Positions 55,405 to 64,000 of a DNA stretch of 64,000 bases are shown piece by piece. Source of the DNA: Acidimicrobiia bacterium (GTDB lineage: Bacteria; Acidobacteriota; Vicinamibacteria; Vicinamibacterales; UBA2999); NCBI GenBank assembly GCA_016871275.1, contig VFZG01000011.1:28800-92799 (forward strand). The letters run 5' to 3'. The position numbers and the translations under genes are program-made. Under the pieces are notes generated by a model. That model had not been told where the DNA came from. It did not search any database and was given only the letters and a program-made list of their open reading frames with translations. Positions within the stretch are counted from its first letter, which is position 1, and the number at the start of each line of letters is the position of its first letter.

Positions 55405-55910
55405 GGCGGGCGGCCCAGCACCGACAGCGAAACATCCTGGGGCGCCGCGCCAGCTTCGAGCGCGACGATCGCCGTGATTGCGGATCGAAACGCTTCGGGC
55501 GCGGATCCAAACAGACGGGCCCGCGCCACGCCCCCCTCGTTCACGCCCTTCTGGATCACGCTCGCCTGCGATGCACCGGCGCAGAGAATCGGCGCCAGCT
55601 GATTCAGCCCGGCGACGCGCCTCACGAGCGCCAGACCGGCCTCGTCCTTCCATTCAATCGGCGGACTTGCGGCCGAGTCGGCGACGACAATCACGTTGGC
55701 GCCCACCACGGCCGAGACATCGCCAGAGCCGGACATCACCGTGTGATACCCATCCACCGGCGACGACTGCGCCACGTCCAGCGCCTTGCCCGCGGCGACG
55801 TTCGCCAGATCGTCCACGATGACGATGCGGGAGACGAGATCGGCGGCGGCCAGCTGGCGCGCCAACGCGCCGCCGATCTCGCCGGCCCCGAGGATGACGG
55901 CGGTACTCAC
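55062..55910 (-). CDS. Malate/lactate dehydrogenase-fold protein lacking the canonical catalytic residues
   Basis: Rossmann start AVILGAGEIGGALARQLA...IVIVDD...AAGKALDV. Where MDH/LDH have PRKPGMSRDDL, TNP and G(E/G)HGD, this protein has SAASPPIEWKDEAGL, CAGASQ and GRPPQN. Confidence 0.55.
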   Translation of the reverse strand: MSTAVILGAGEIGGALARQLAAADLVSRIVIVDDLANVAAGKALDVAQSSPVDGYHTVMSGSGDVSAVVGANVIVVADSAASPPIEWKDEAGLALVRRVAGLNQLAPILCAGASQASVIQKGVNEGGVARARLFGSAPEAFRSAITAIVALEAGAAPQDVSLSVLGRPPQNVIVPWDETAIAGRCATHVLSAAQLARLDARLARLWPPGPYALAGAATRLIRTALTRSPRVHAALVAVTRDEGVAGRSAMMPVTLQPAGIATLVPPSLSTRDRVRFETALRA

Positions 55911-55952
55911 GGCGACTATTCTAGCGGGGCCACGGGCTTCGGGTTAACGCGC

Positions 55953-56918
55953 TCAGCTGATGGCGAACAGCCACTTCGGGAGATCGACGTTGCTGCCGGT
56001 GACGAGCGCGATCACGCGCTGGCCTGGCGAGGAGGCCTTGCCGGCGACGATGGCCGCAACCGAGGCCGCACCTGAGCCTTCGACGATCAATCGCTGCTCT
56101 GTGGCCAGGCCCTTCATCGCGCGCGCCAGTTCGTCTTCGCTGACCGTCACCACGTCGTCCACCACCTGCTGCACCAGCGGAAACGTGATCGTACCAGGCT
56201 CGAGGTTGCCAATCAGCCCGTCGGCGAGCGACTGCCGCGGCGTGATTTCGGTGACGCGGCCGGCCGCCAGGCTGAGCGTGAACGGCGAGGATGCCTCGAC
56301 TTCCACGCCCACGATCCTGACACGCGGCGCCGCCGCCTTCACCGCCAGTCCGACGCCGCTGGCCAGACCGCCGCCGCCGAGCGGCACGATCACGACGTCG
56401 AACGACGGCATGGCCTCGACCAGCTCCAGTCCTATCGTGCCGGCACCGGCGATGACGTCCGCGTTGTTGTACGGCGAGATGTAGACACCGCGTTCAGCCT
56501 CGGCGAACTGCTTGGCGTGTTGCTCGGCTGCATCGTAGCTCTCGCAGCCGGCGTGCAGCACCGCGCCATGCCGGCGGATCGCGGCCTGCTTCGCCTCGGG
56601 CGCGGTTGACGGCGTGAAGATCACGCACGGCAAGCCGAGCTCTTCTGCCGCCAGCGCCAGCGACCGCCCGTGATTGCCCGCCGAGGCGGCGACAATCGTC
56701 GGCGTCCCGCTGCCGAGGCGCTCGCTGAGCCTGAGCGCGGCGTTCAAGGCGCCCCGGATCTTGAACGAGTTGGTGAGGTTCAGCGATTCAATCTTGAGGT
56801 GGACCGTCGCATCGGCGATCGACGACAGCCACTCGGAATGCACCAGCGGCGTCCGCCGGATGCGGGATCCGATGCGGCGACGCGCCTCGTAAACGTCGGT
56901 GACGGCCGGCAGCGGCAT
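55953..56918 (-). CDS. PLP-dependent threonine/serine dehydratase family enzyme
   Basis: HLKIESLNLTNSFKIRGALNA (PLP Lys), ASAGNHG and PLGGGGLASG. Confidence 0.85.
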   Translation of the reverse strand: MPLPAVTDVYEARRRIGSRIRRTPLVHSEWLSSIADATVHLKIESLNLTNSFKIRGALNAALRLSERLGSGTPTIVAASAGNHGRSLALAAEELGLPCVIFTPSTAPEAKQAAIRRHGAVLHAGCESYDAAEQHAKQFAEAERGVYISPYNNADVIAGAGTIGLELVEAMPSFDVVIVPLGGGGLASGVGLAVKAAAPRVRIVGVEVEASSPFTLSLAAGRVTEITPRQSLADGLIGNLEPGTITFPLVQQVVDDVVTVSEDELARAMKGLATEQRLIVEGSGAASVAAIVAGKASSPGQRVIALVTGSNVDLPKWLFAIS

Positions 56919-56938
56919 GTTCCGAGTATCCTAGCGTA

Positions 56939-57598
56939 ATGATTCTGGAACGCGCGGCGGTCGGCCCGTTCTTCAAGAACGGCTACGTGGTTGGCTGTGA
57001 GCGCACGCGCGAGGCGGTGTTCATCGATCCGGGAGACGAAGTCGATCAGCTGCTGGCGTTCATCGCGGCCGAGCAGCTGTCGGTCAAACACATCCTGCTG
57101 ACGCACGCGCACGTCGATCACGTGTCGGGCGTGGCGCCGGCCAAACGCGCGCTCGGTGCGCCCATCTACCTGCACAAGGACGATCAGTTTCTGTATGACC
57201 GCACGGTGCAGACCGGTCAGATGTTCGGCCTGACGGTGGAGCAGCCGCCGCCCGTGGATCGGTACTACGAAGGCGAAGGTCCCATCCTGTTTGGCGACTA
57301 CGAGGTTCGGATCAAGCACACGCCGGGACATTGCCCCGGCGGCGTCTGCCTGGCGCTGTCGAAGAAAGGCCATGCCGGCCCGCCGGATCTGTTCGTGGGC
57401 GACACGCTGTTCGCCGGGTCGATCGGCAGGACGGATCTGCCGGGCGGCAACTACGAGATCCTGCTCGAGGCGATTACCAGGGCGCTGTTCGCGTTTCCGG
57501 AAGACTCGGTCGTCTACTCAGGGCATGGCCCTGAGACGACTATCGGCCGCGAGAAGGCGAGCAATCCGTTCGTGCTGGAGTATCTCGTTCGGCGCTGA
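56939..57598 (+). CDS. MBL-fold metallo-hydrolase (hydroxyacylglutathione hydrolase-like)
   Basis: LLTHAHVDHVSG, HTPGHCPGG and GDTLFAGSIGRTDLPGG. Confidence 0.85.
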   Translation: MILERAAVGPFFKNGYVVGCERTREAVFIDPGDEVDQLLAFIAAEQLSVKHILLTHAHVDHVSGVAPAKRALGAPIYLHKDDQFLYDRTVQTGQMFGLTVEQPPPVDRYYEGEGPILFGDYEVRIKHTPGHCPGGVCLALSKKGHAGPPDLFVGDTLFAGSIGRTDLPGGNYEILLEAITRALFAFPEDSVVYSGHGPETTIGREKASNPFVLEYLVRR

Positions 57599-57603
57599 GC
57601 CGC

Positions 57604-57912
57604 TCAGGACGTCGAGGTGGCTTCGGCGTTTACCATGAACTGCACGCGACCGATGGTCAGCGTGTCGCCGCTGCTCAGGGTCACCTTGGCGATCTTCTTG
57701 CCGTTCACGAATGTGCCGTTGGTGCTGCCCAGGTCCTCGAGCTGGAGCTGATTGCGCTCGTCCAGCACGAACCGGCAGTGCACGCGCGACACCAGCGCCG
57801 CATCGACGACGAAATCCGCTCGCGGCGCCCGCCCCATCGTCTTGAGCGTGCCGGGCAGCAAGCGGAAGGTCAATCCGGCGTCAGCAGGCCCAACCGACTG
57901 CAATGTCCACAT
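57604..57912 (-). CDS. Small FHA-domain protein
   Basis: ATG 57912. KTMGRAPRADFVVDAALVSRVHCRFVLD...LEDLGSTNGTFVNG. Confidence 0.8.
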   Translation of the reverse strand: MWTLQSVGPADAGLTFRLLPGTLKTMGRAPRADFVVDAALVSRVHCRFVLDERNQLQLEDLGSTNGTFVNGKKIAKVTLSSGDTLTIGRVQFMVNAEATSTS

Positions 57913-58200
57913 CGCTTCGCGAAGTGTAGAGTCTAATGTCCAAAGTTGAAAGAGGTTCCTGCGGTACAAGACCGATGCTGATGAGCCGGAAGGGAGAGCG
58001 TTTCCGCTGACGTGAGCGGTCACCGCCCGGCCGGTTCTGGGACTGGACCGGTGCTGCGTGTGCGCAAGGGGGATCCACAACGGCCATGGCCGTACTTCGA
58101 CCCAAGGCACGGCACCATCGCCCGCAAGGAAGGTTGCGTGTCGGCGGCCTGGTGCTGAGCGCCACGACCTTGAAGGCATTGTGGCGGCGCGTGACTCGCG

Positions 58201-58731
58201 CTATTGCTTCGGGGTCGCGATCCTGAACGGGTAGTAGCGGGTGAGGTCGCCCGACGAAAGAATCAGGAAGAAGTACAGCTGGTCGCCGCCCTCGGGCGCC
58301 TTGACGGCCGTGCCCAACGCGGTAAGGCGCTCCGGTTTTTCGAGATCGGCCGCTCGCGCCGCAACCGTCGACACCGCCAGCGGCCGGATGGACACCGGCA
58401 ACAGGCGCCGCTCCGCATATTCCGACGTGAACAACTCTTCCGACGACACCAGCACGCCCTTCGGCGACCAGCCGGTCAGGCTGCAACGGAAGTAGCTGAC
58501 GTCGGTAACGGTAGGAATGTCTCGAGACGACCCCGAAGCCAATCGTAAGGTGCCGACCCGCATCATTTCCGCATAGGCCTTCAACGGAATCTGTTCGGTC
58601 GAGGTGTGCAGCACCACCGGCGCCTGCTGGCCTTCCACTTCGCTCAGGCCCAGCGCCGGCGCCAGCAGCATTGCCGTGACGATCATCGCCGTCCGTGCGG
58701 TGTTACGGGCCTTGCGGCTTCGGTTTTCCAT
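58201..58731 (-). CDS. Secreted hypothetical protein
   Basis: Signal-like RTAMIVTAMLLAPALGLSEVEGQ. No family recognised. Overlaps the 3' end of the upstream cytochrome gene by 29 nt. Confidence 0.45.
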   Translation of the reverse strand: MENRSRKARNTARTAMIVTAMLLAPALGLSEVEGQQAPVVLHTSTEQIPLKAYAEMMRVGTLRLASGSSRDIPTVTDVSYFRCSLTGWSPKGVLVSSEELFTSEYAERRLLPVSIRPLAVSTVAARAADLEKPERLTALGTAVKAPEGGDQLYFFLILSSGDLTRYYPFRIATPKQ

Positions 58732-59140
58732 AACCCGGCCGGTAGTTCTTGTGGCAGGCGGTGCAGGATTCGTACAGCTGATCGCTCAGCGCGACGATCG
58801 CCTGGACATCCTTCGCTTTCGCGGCCTTCACCGCCGCGGCGCCGGCATCGAGCATCAGCTTCGCGTCGGCCATCCATTGCTTCTGATCGCGCGCGCGGCC
58901 GGGCAGCATCAGCAGGTTCGCCGACTCGGCGACCATCAGCGCCTGGCCCTCCAGCGCCGTCCACTCAGCGTCCGTCCTGGGCGTGCGCGACTCGATGTAG
59001 AAGAGAGCGTCGGATGCGGGATAGATGATCTTGACCATCAGGTCGCTCATCGATCCGACGTTGCGCGTCGGCGGCCGTTCGGCGGTTCCAGCCTGCGCCA
59101 GCGCCGCGGCCAGCGCGATCGACACCGTGAAGAGCTTCAT
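58703..59140 (-). CDS. Class II cytochrome c (cytochrome c'-like four-helix bundle)
   Basis: ATG 59140. Signal peptide MKLFTVSIALAAALAQA. Single C-terminal haem motif CTACH about 15 aa from the end. Confidence 0.65.
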   Translation of the reverse strand: MKLFTVSIALAAALAQAGTAERPPTRNVGSMSDLMVKIIYPASDALFYIESRTPRTDAEWTALEGQALMVAESANLLMLPGRARDQKQWMADAKLMLDAGAAAVKAAKAKDVQAIVALSDQLYESCTACHKNYRPGYGKPKPQGP

Positions 59141-59219
59141 CAGGCGCAGTGTAGCACTGGCGCGCAGCACTGCTTTCCCCGCCAGCTTCGGGGAGGTAGA
59201 ATCGCGCCACGGAGGCGTT

Positions 59220-60452
59220 ATGAGACGTGTGCTGTGTTGTGTAGGTATCCTCGGATTTCTCGCCGGCCAAATCAAAATCAGCGCGTCCACCTCCGCGCCA
59301 GGCGCTACGGTGGTCGGGCAGGCCCCGGCGCCTGCTCCCGCGCAGCCCGCCGCCGTGCCACAGCCCGTCGACTATCAGGACGATGCATCGTGGTTATGCA
59401 AGCCCGGTCGAAAAGGTGATGCGTGTGACATCGACCTCACCACCACCATCGTGGCCGCCGACGGCACGCTGACGCGCGAGGCGTTCACTGCCGACCCGAA
59501 GGCGCCAATCGATTGCTTCTACGTCTACCCGACGGTATCGACCGACGCCGCTACCAACAGCGACATGACCGCGGATTCCGCGGAGAAGAACGTGGTCGCC
59601 CAGCAGTTCGCGCGCTTCGGATCGAAGTGCCGGACCTTCGCGCCGATTTACCGGCAGCTCACGCTGCGGAGCCTGCAGGTGGCGCTGGCGAAGAACGCGG
59701 ATCCGCTGGCGCTGTTCACGGCGGGGCAGCAGTTCGACGACGTAAAGGCGGCGTGGCAGCACTATTTGAAGAACGACAACCAGGGCCGCGGGGTGGTGCT
59801 GATTGGCCACTCACAGGGCGCGTACATACTGCAGGGCCTGATCGCCGCCGAAATCGAGGGCAAGCCGATCCAGAAACAGCTGGTGGGTGCCTACATTCTT
59901 GGCGCGACGCTTCTTACCCCGAAGGGCAAGGATGTCGGCGGCCAGTTCAAGCAGATTCCGCTCTGCAGGAAGCCCGGGCAGCTCGGCTGCGTCGTCAACT
60001 ACTCCGCCTTTCGATCGACCCTGCCGCCTCCGGCCAACACGCTGTTCGGCTCGAGCGCCGATCCGGCGATGTCGGGAAACTGCACCAACCCGGCCACGCT
60101 CGGCGCAGCCGGCGCGCCGCTGCACGCCTATCTGTCGAGCACGGGCCGCCTGATCGCCGTGGGTGGACCGCCGCTGAAGCCGTGGGCCACGGACAAGACG
60201 GTGGAGACGCCGTTCGTGAGCGTGCCGGGGTTGTTGACGGGACAGTGCAAGAGCAACGAACAGGCGACCTATCTCGAGATCACCGTCAATGGCGATTCGG
60301 CGGATCCGCGCGTGGACGACATCACCGGCGATCTTGGCGGCGTCAAGCCGCTGGCCAACTGGGGCCTGCACTTGATCGACGTGAACCTCGTCATGGGCAA
60401 CCTGCTGAACCTGGTCGAGCAGCAGTCGACGGCTTATCGCTCGCGGCGCTGA
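59220..60452 (+). CDS. Exported DUF3089-family alpha/beta hydrolase
   Basis: ATG 59220 follows GGAGG. IDCFYVYPTVSTD, FAPIYRQLTL and the nucleophile elbow VLIGHSQGAYIL. Confidence 0.7.
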   Translation: MRRVLCCVGILGFLAGQIKISASTSAPGATVVGQAPAPAPAQPAAVPQPVDYQDDASWLCKPGRKGDACDIDLTTTIVAADGTLTREAFTADPKAPIDCFYVYPTVSTDAATNSDMTADSAEKNVVAQQFARFGSKCRTFAPIYRQLTLRSLQVALAKNADPLALFTAGQQFDDVKAAWQHYLKNDNQGRGVVLIGHSQGAYILQGLIAAEIEGKPIQKQLVGAYILGATLLTPKGKDVGGQFKQIPLCRKPGQLGCVVNYSAFRSTLPPPANTLFGSSADPAMSGNCTNPATLGAAGAPLHAYLSSTGRLIAVGGPPLKPWATDKTVETPFVSVPGLLTGQCKSNEQATYLEITVNGDSADPRVDDITGDLGGVKPLANWGLHLIDVNLVMGNLLNLVEQQSTAYRSRR

Positions 60453-61372
60453 GCAAACACTGCCAGGCTGGTCGCCACCGACCGGCCACCAGGATTGTCC
60501 GATGAGATGTTGACGATGGAAGGCGAGCCGGCTTCGCCTTCCATCACCATGGTGGTCGAACCCCCGCCGTCCAGATTCAACGCATCGAACACGTCGAAGT
60601 CTCGGATCAGGATCGCCGCGACTTCCGACAACCGCATGCCATCGCTCCCTCCCCGGACATCCACCGTAAACAGCGTGAGCGTTCGCCGATCGCGCGACAG
60701 GCCGATGGCGGTTCGTGCGGTGGGGACGTCGGCCCACGCCCGGTGGTTGGAGTAATCGTTGGGCCCGCCGGGCTCGAGCGCGCCGTCAAAGTGGTGGTCG
60801 TCGCGGTAGGCCGGAACCGATGGTTGCCCGTTCGTGACAATCTGCCCGGAGCCGGCGATGACGTTCCACAGCGTGACCGCCTCGCGCACCTGCCTGCCGT
60901 CGGGGAAAGCCGGATCGTAGTGAACGATCGACGCGCGATTCTCGCGGTCGATGTTGAGCGCCTCGGCAAACGCCACCAGCGCGTAGCGTTGCTGCGGAAT
61001 CTCGAATGCTGAATAGACCGTGCCCTCGGACGCGGCCAGCCCGACAGCCCACGCGGTGCGGTCTTCCGAAGGAAAGGGGAGGAAGAAGTGCCCGTTGATC
61101 GCCAGTTGCGCGCGCTCCTGCCTGGCGAAGTCGAGTGTCGTCTGGCGGATGGTTTCGCGATCGCCCCCAGGGGGCGACATCTTGAAGCGGATGCCCGGTG
61201 CCTGGAGATCGATCTGCGCCACGTGCATGCGCAGCGGGCGCGGTTGCGACTCGGTGCGGGCAAAGTAAGTGATGCCGATGAAGGGTTGGGAGCGCTGCCA
61301 GGCCGCCGGCGCGCCGGCCAGCAGGCCGGCGACTGCCGCGACAAGGACCATCAGCACGCGCACGGCGTTCAT
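60434..61372 (-). CDS. Phosphodiester glycosidase (NAGPA/DUF2233) family protein
   Basis: Signal peptide. LAINGHFF and ALNLDGGGSTTMV. Confidence 0.75.
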   Translation of the reverse strand: MNAVRVLMVLVAAVAGLLAGAPAAWQRSQPFIGITYFARTESQPRPLRMHVAQIDLQAPGIRFKMSPPGGDRETIRQTTLDFARQERAQLAINGHFFLPFPSEDRTAWAVGLAASEGTVYSAFEIPQQRYALVAFAEALNIDRENRASIVHYDPAFPDGRQVREAVTLWNVIAGSGQIVTNGQPSVPAYRDDHHFDGALEPGGPNDYSNHRAWADVPTARTAIGLSRDRRTLTLFTVDVRGGSDGMRLSEVAAILIRDFDVFDALNLDGGGSTTMVMEGEAGSPSIVNISSDNPGGRSVATSLAVFAQRRER

Positions 61373-61386
61373 GCTAGATTGCGGCC

Positions 61387-61896
61387 ATGTCGATCCGCAA
61401 CTGGATAGCCGTTGCCCTGACCATCGTTTCGCTGGTGCTGATCGTGCCGGGCTTGCAGAGCGACGCGATGACGATCACCGCATCGATTCCCATCTTCAAC
61501 AAGCCGACCGAGATTTTCAGGGAAACGCAGAGCATCCTGCGGGCGATCAAGCGTCTGTATGATTCGCAGAACTACTTCGTGGCCGGCCTGATTCTGCTGT
61601 TCAGCGTCATCGTGCCGTTCATCAAGGCCGCCCTGCTGGGCGTGATCCTCTGGGCCAAGGACCAGGCGACCCGCTATCGCTGGTACCTGTTCGTACGCTC
61701 GGTCAGCAAGTGGGCCATGGCCGACGTGTTCGCGGTCGGCGTGTTCATCGCCTTCATGGCGGGCAACGCGATCGACAACCTCGATGCGCGCATCCACCCG
61801 GGTTTCTACTACTTCGTGGCCTACTGCCTGGTGTCGAACCTGTCGTTCCAGTTCCTGCACGTCGATCCGCCGAAGCCTGTAGCGAGTAGCCCGTAG
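61387..61896 (+). CDS. Half-size paraquat-inducible protein A (PqiA) family membrane protein
   Basis: LILLFSVIVPFIKAALL and SKWAMADVFAVGVFIAF are PqiA-type motifs. Only one repeat unit (169 aa) and no PqiB/MCE gene adjacent. Confidence 0.65.
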   Translation: MSIRNWIAVALTIVSLVLIVPGLQSDAMTITASIPIFNKPTEIFRETQSILRAIKRLYDSQNYFVAGLILLFSVIVPFIKAALLGVILWAKDQATRYRWYLFVRSVSKWAMADVFAVGVFIAFMAGNAIDNLDARIHPGFYYFVAYCLVSNLSFQFLHVDPPKPVASSP

Positions 61897-61933
61897 CCCG
61901 CCCGCAGCCCATAGCCCGCAGCCCGTCGCCCGA
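61879..61933 (+). repeat. Heptamer word array CCCRYAG/GTAGCCC family, second locus
   Basis: gtagcga gtagccc gtagccc gcc cgcagcc catagcc cgcagcc cgtcgcc. The pqiA-like stop TAG (61894-61896) lies inside it. Confidence 0.8.
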
Positions 61934-61955
61934 AGAGCGTTTCTCTGGCTGCTGG

Positions 61956-62489
61956 CTATTGCTTGGGCTGGTAATACCCCGAGTAGTCGCGGACCCAGCC
62001 GTTGCGGGCCAGGAAGCCGCCGAGCGGCCCGAGATACTGCAGCACGTAGTGCATGCCCCGCAGATCCATGATCTCGATCAGGATGCCGTTGCAGTCCTTG
62101 ATGAAGAAGAACTCCTGGCCGCCGTTCGGCGATCGCTGCGGCTCTTCGAGCACGGTGACGCCTTTGGCCCTCAAGTAGTCGTACCACCTGCGGATGTTGC
62201 TGACGCGCAGGCTGAAGTGCGTGACGCCGGGTCGATTCCAGGTCGCCTCGGTGAACGGCTGCTGCGGCGTGAATTCGAAGATCTCAATCACGCCGCCGCC
62301 GGGGATGCGGATCCACCCGATCTTGCACGACGCCTCGGGCACATCGACCCCGAAGAAGGCTCTGACACGCCGCGGATCCGCGGTCGACACGCCGACCAGC
62401 GGGCAGCCGAACACCTCCCAGTAGAAGCGGACGGATTCGTTGAAGTCCCGGACGGTGATGCCGACGTGACTGAATGACCTGACGCGCAT
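61956..62489 (-). CDS. VOC (glyoxalase/bleomycin-resistance/dioxygenase) family protein
   Basis: ATG 62489. FSHVGITVRDFNESVRFYWEVFG and GVTHFSLRV. Confidence 0.8.
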   Translation of the reverse strand: MRVRSFSHVGITVRDFNESVRFYWEVFGCPLVGVSTADPRRVRAFFGVDVPEASCKIGWIRIPGGGVIEIFEFTPQQPFTEATWNRPGVTHFSLRVSNIRRWYDYLRAKGVTVLEEPQRSPNGGQEFFFIKDCNGILIEIMDLRGMHYVLQYLGPLGGFLARNGWVRDYSGYYQPKQ

Positions 62490-62510
62490 TTGGTAATAGT
62501 ATTCGCGATC

Positions 62511-63644
62511 ATGAAGATCATTGTGCTCACGCTCGCGATGCTGACGGCGTCGGCCGGCTCCATCGCGGTCGAACAGGCGCCCGCGCTGCAAGGGGTGCCG
62601 CAGTTCGCCGCCGATCCCGCATGGCCGATCTTGCCGGACGGATTCACGTGGGGACAGGTGATCGGCATCTTCGCCGACTCGAAGGGCCACGTGTGGGCAT
62701 CGACCCGCGGCCGCATTTACGAGTGGGATCCGCAGGGCAAGCTGGTGCAGTCATGGGACGCGCGCGGGCCCGACGGCAAGTGGAACACCATTCACGGGCT
62801 GTTCGTCGATCACAACGGTTTCGTGTGGACCAACGCGCGCGAGAGCAACCTCACCGTGAAGTTCACGCGCACCGGGCAGGTGTCGCTGGTGATCGGCCAG
62901 TTCGACAAGACCGGCGGCAGCAACGACCCGTCGCTGATGGGCCGCCCCGCTGAAATCTGGGTCGACCCAGCCGACAACGAAGTGTTCGTTGCCGACGGGT
63001 ACGGCAACCGCCGCGTGATCGTGTTCGATGGCGCGACCGGCAAGTATTTGCGTCACTGGGGCGCGTACGGGAGGCGGCCGGAAGATCCTCCTCCGGGCGC
63101 GCAGGGCGGGCAGGGCACACCGGGTGTGCAGACTGCCGAGGTGCCGGCGGCGCCGCCGGCGCAGCTGCGCGTGCCGCACGGCATTGCCGGATCGCGCGAT
63201 GGACTGATCTACGTTGCCGATCGCGCCAACAACCGCATTCAGGTGTTCCGGCAGAACGGCGAGTTCGTGCGCGAGACAATCCTGCGGCCGCGCTGCGGCG
63301 CGCAGGAGCAGGCCACGTGGACGCCGAAGCGGCCGTGCGGCAACGAGGCCACGTTCTCGCTGGCGTTCTCGCACGACGGACCGCAGACCTACATCTACAG
63401 CGCCGATGGCGGATCGCACGTCATCAACGTGCTGCGGCGCAGCGACCTGGAAATCGTCGGCGAGTTCGGCGGGCCGGGAGTCGGCGTGGGCCAGCTTGGC
63501 CGGCCGCACAACCTGGCGGTCGATCCGTCAGGAAATCTCTTCGTCGGCGAGGCGCAGGGCCCCGAGGTGAAGGACCCCGTCACCGGCAAGCCGCGCGAAG
63601 CCGGCGTCCGCGCCCAGAAATTTTCCTTCACGGGAGTGAAGTAG
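62511..63644 (+). CDS. Secreted NHL-repeat six-bladed beta-propeller protein (peptidyl-hydroxyglycine lyase-like)
   Basis: Signal peptide MKIIVLTLAMLTASAGS. Repeated blades HGLFVDHNGFVWT, VFVADGYGNRRVIVFD, PHGIAGSRDGLIYVADRANNRIQVF and PHNLAVDPSGNLFVGE. Confidence 0.75.
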   Translation: MKIIVLTLAMLTASAGSIAVEQAPALQGVPQFAADPAWPILPDGFTWGQVIGIFADSKGHVWASTRGRIYEWDPQGKLVQSWDARGPDGKWNTIHGLFVDHNGFVWTNARESNLTVKFTRTGQVSLVIGQFDKTGGSNDPSLMGRPAEIWVDPADNEVFVADGYGNRRVIVFDGATGKYLRHWGAYGRRPEDPPPGAQGGQGTPGVQTAEVPAAPPAQLRVPHGIAGSRDGLIYVADRANNRIQVFRQNGEFVRETILRPRCGAQEQATWTPKRPCGNEATFSLAFSHDGPQTYIYSADGGSHVINVLRRSDLEIVGEFGGPGVGVGQLGRPHNLAVDPSGNLFVGEAQGPEVKDPVTGKPREAGVRAQKFSFTGVK

Positions 63645-63660
63645 TTTCAATGTCAGATGC

Positions 63661-63747
63661 GCCACCGAGCCAAGGCACCACGGAGACACGGAGCTTCTTC
63701 CCGGGCACTCCAGGAAGTAGCGCCGTGACTTCCGTGTCTCCGTGGCG
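63661..63747. terminator. CACGGAG-word element, copy 3: long hairpin between convergent genes
   Basis: ccacggagacacgga (63678-63692) pairs perfectly with tccgtgtctccgtgg (63731-63745). An inner 9-bp stem gcttcttcc/ggaagtagc has one mismatch. Confidence 0.65.
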
Positions 63748-63756
63748 CAGCAGTGT

Positions 63757-64000
63757 TTAGTAACCGACGGCGTACCCGGTGCGCCGCGGATCGCCGCCCG
63801 CGGTTATCGCGCCGGTGACTGGATCGATTTTGATCGTCTGCATATGTCCAATGCTGCCCCAGCCGGGGAGCACTCGGACCTTGTGGCCCATCGCCTTCAG
63901 CGCGTTGATGGTGGTGTCCGGCATGCGGCCTTCAATCGACACCTCGATGGCCGAGCCCGGTTTGTAGAAATTCGGGTCGGCATCGAGCGAGAAGCGCGGC
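63757..64000 (-). CDS. ggt: Gamma-glutamyltransferase, C-terminal end only (5' part lies beyond the window)
   Basis: ...MPDTTINALKAMGHKVRVLPGWGSIGHMQTIKIDPVTGAITAGGDPRRTGYAVGY is a typical GGT small-subunit terminus. The frame is open to nt 64000. Confidence 0.85.
   Translation of the reverse strand, partial: PRFSLDADPNFYKPGSAIEVSIEGRMPDTTINALKAMGHKVRVLPGWGSIGHMQTIKIDPVTGAITAGGDPRRTGYAVGY

Noticed and set aside
57913-58200. Possible SRP RNA, 6S RNA or tRNA in the long spacer
   Set aside because: CCGGAAGGGAGAGCG superficially resembles the SRP helix-8 GGAA motif, but the flanks do not pair. No T-loop (GGTTCGAATCC-like) or other diagnostic motif was found. It is kept only as an unexplained spacer.

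Overview
GC-rich (roughly two-thirds G+C by eye) chromosomal segment from a diderm bacterium. The gene content suggests an Acidobacteriota-like soil organism, but taxonomy cannot be proven from this window. I support about 60 protein-coding genes, mostly housekeeping and envelope functions. Housekeeping genes include the A and B subunits of a type IIA topoisomerase (16 kb apart), cysD-cysNC, sucA-sucB, lpd-E2-lipB, pruA, queF, HU, trmL, rluD and panE. Other genes include a MATE pump, a type IV minor-pilin operon, FKBP, a phosphoesterase and several hydrolases. I saw no rRNA, tRNA, CRISPR array, transposase or integrase.

Most notable observations:
1. One uninterrupted 2,237-codon ORF fuses a TamB/AsmA-like inner-membrane-anchored periplasmic bridge to a multi-POTRA Omp85 barrel.
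2. An exported Bcp/PrxQ-type peroxiredoxin is split in the ORF track by an in-frame TGA exactly at the peroxidatic Cys position. A SECIS-like hairpin follows immediately, so this is a probable selenoprotein.
3. A tightly coupled four-gene operon encodes STAS::DUF4956, a PLD-type protein, an OprO/P-type phosphate porin and CotH. It lies next to an overlapping pair of thymidylate-kinase-like genes, one with a degenerate P-loop.
4. A family of short-period (7-8 nt) 'word' arrays and word hairpins sits at gene 3' ends. They recur at several loci and repeatedly supply the stop codon and last residues of the upstream gene.
5. The window has an unusual density of decayed loci: an NtrC-type regulator, an ECF sigma with an in-frame TAG, a GNAT remnant with a 4-nt duplication, an R-M methylase-like tail and two facing gene stubs.

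Many long ORFs in the track are antisense or upstream-extension artefacts of the high GC content. All family calls rest on motif recognition by eye, and no searches were run.
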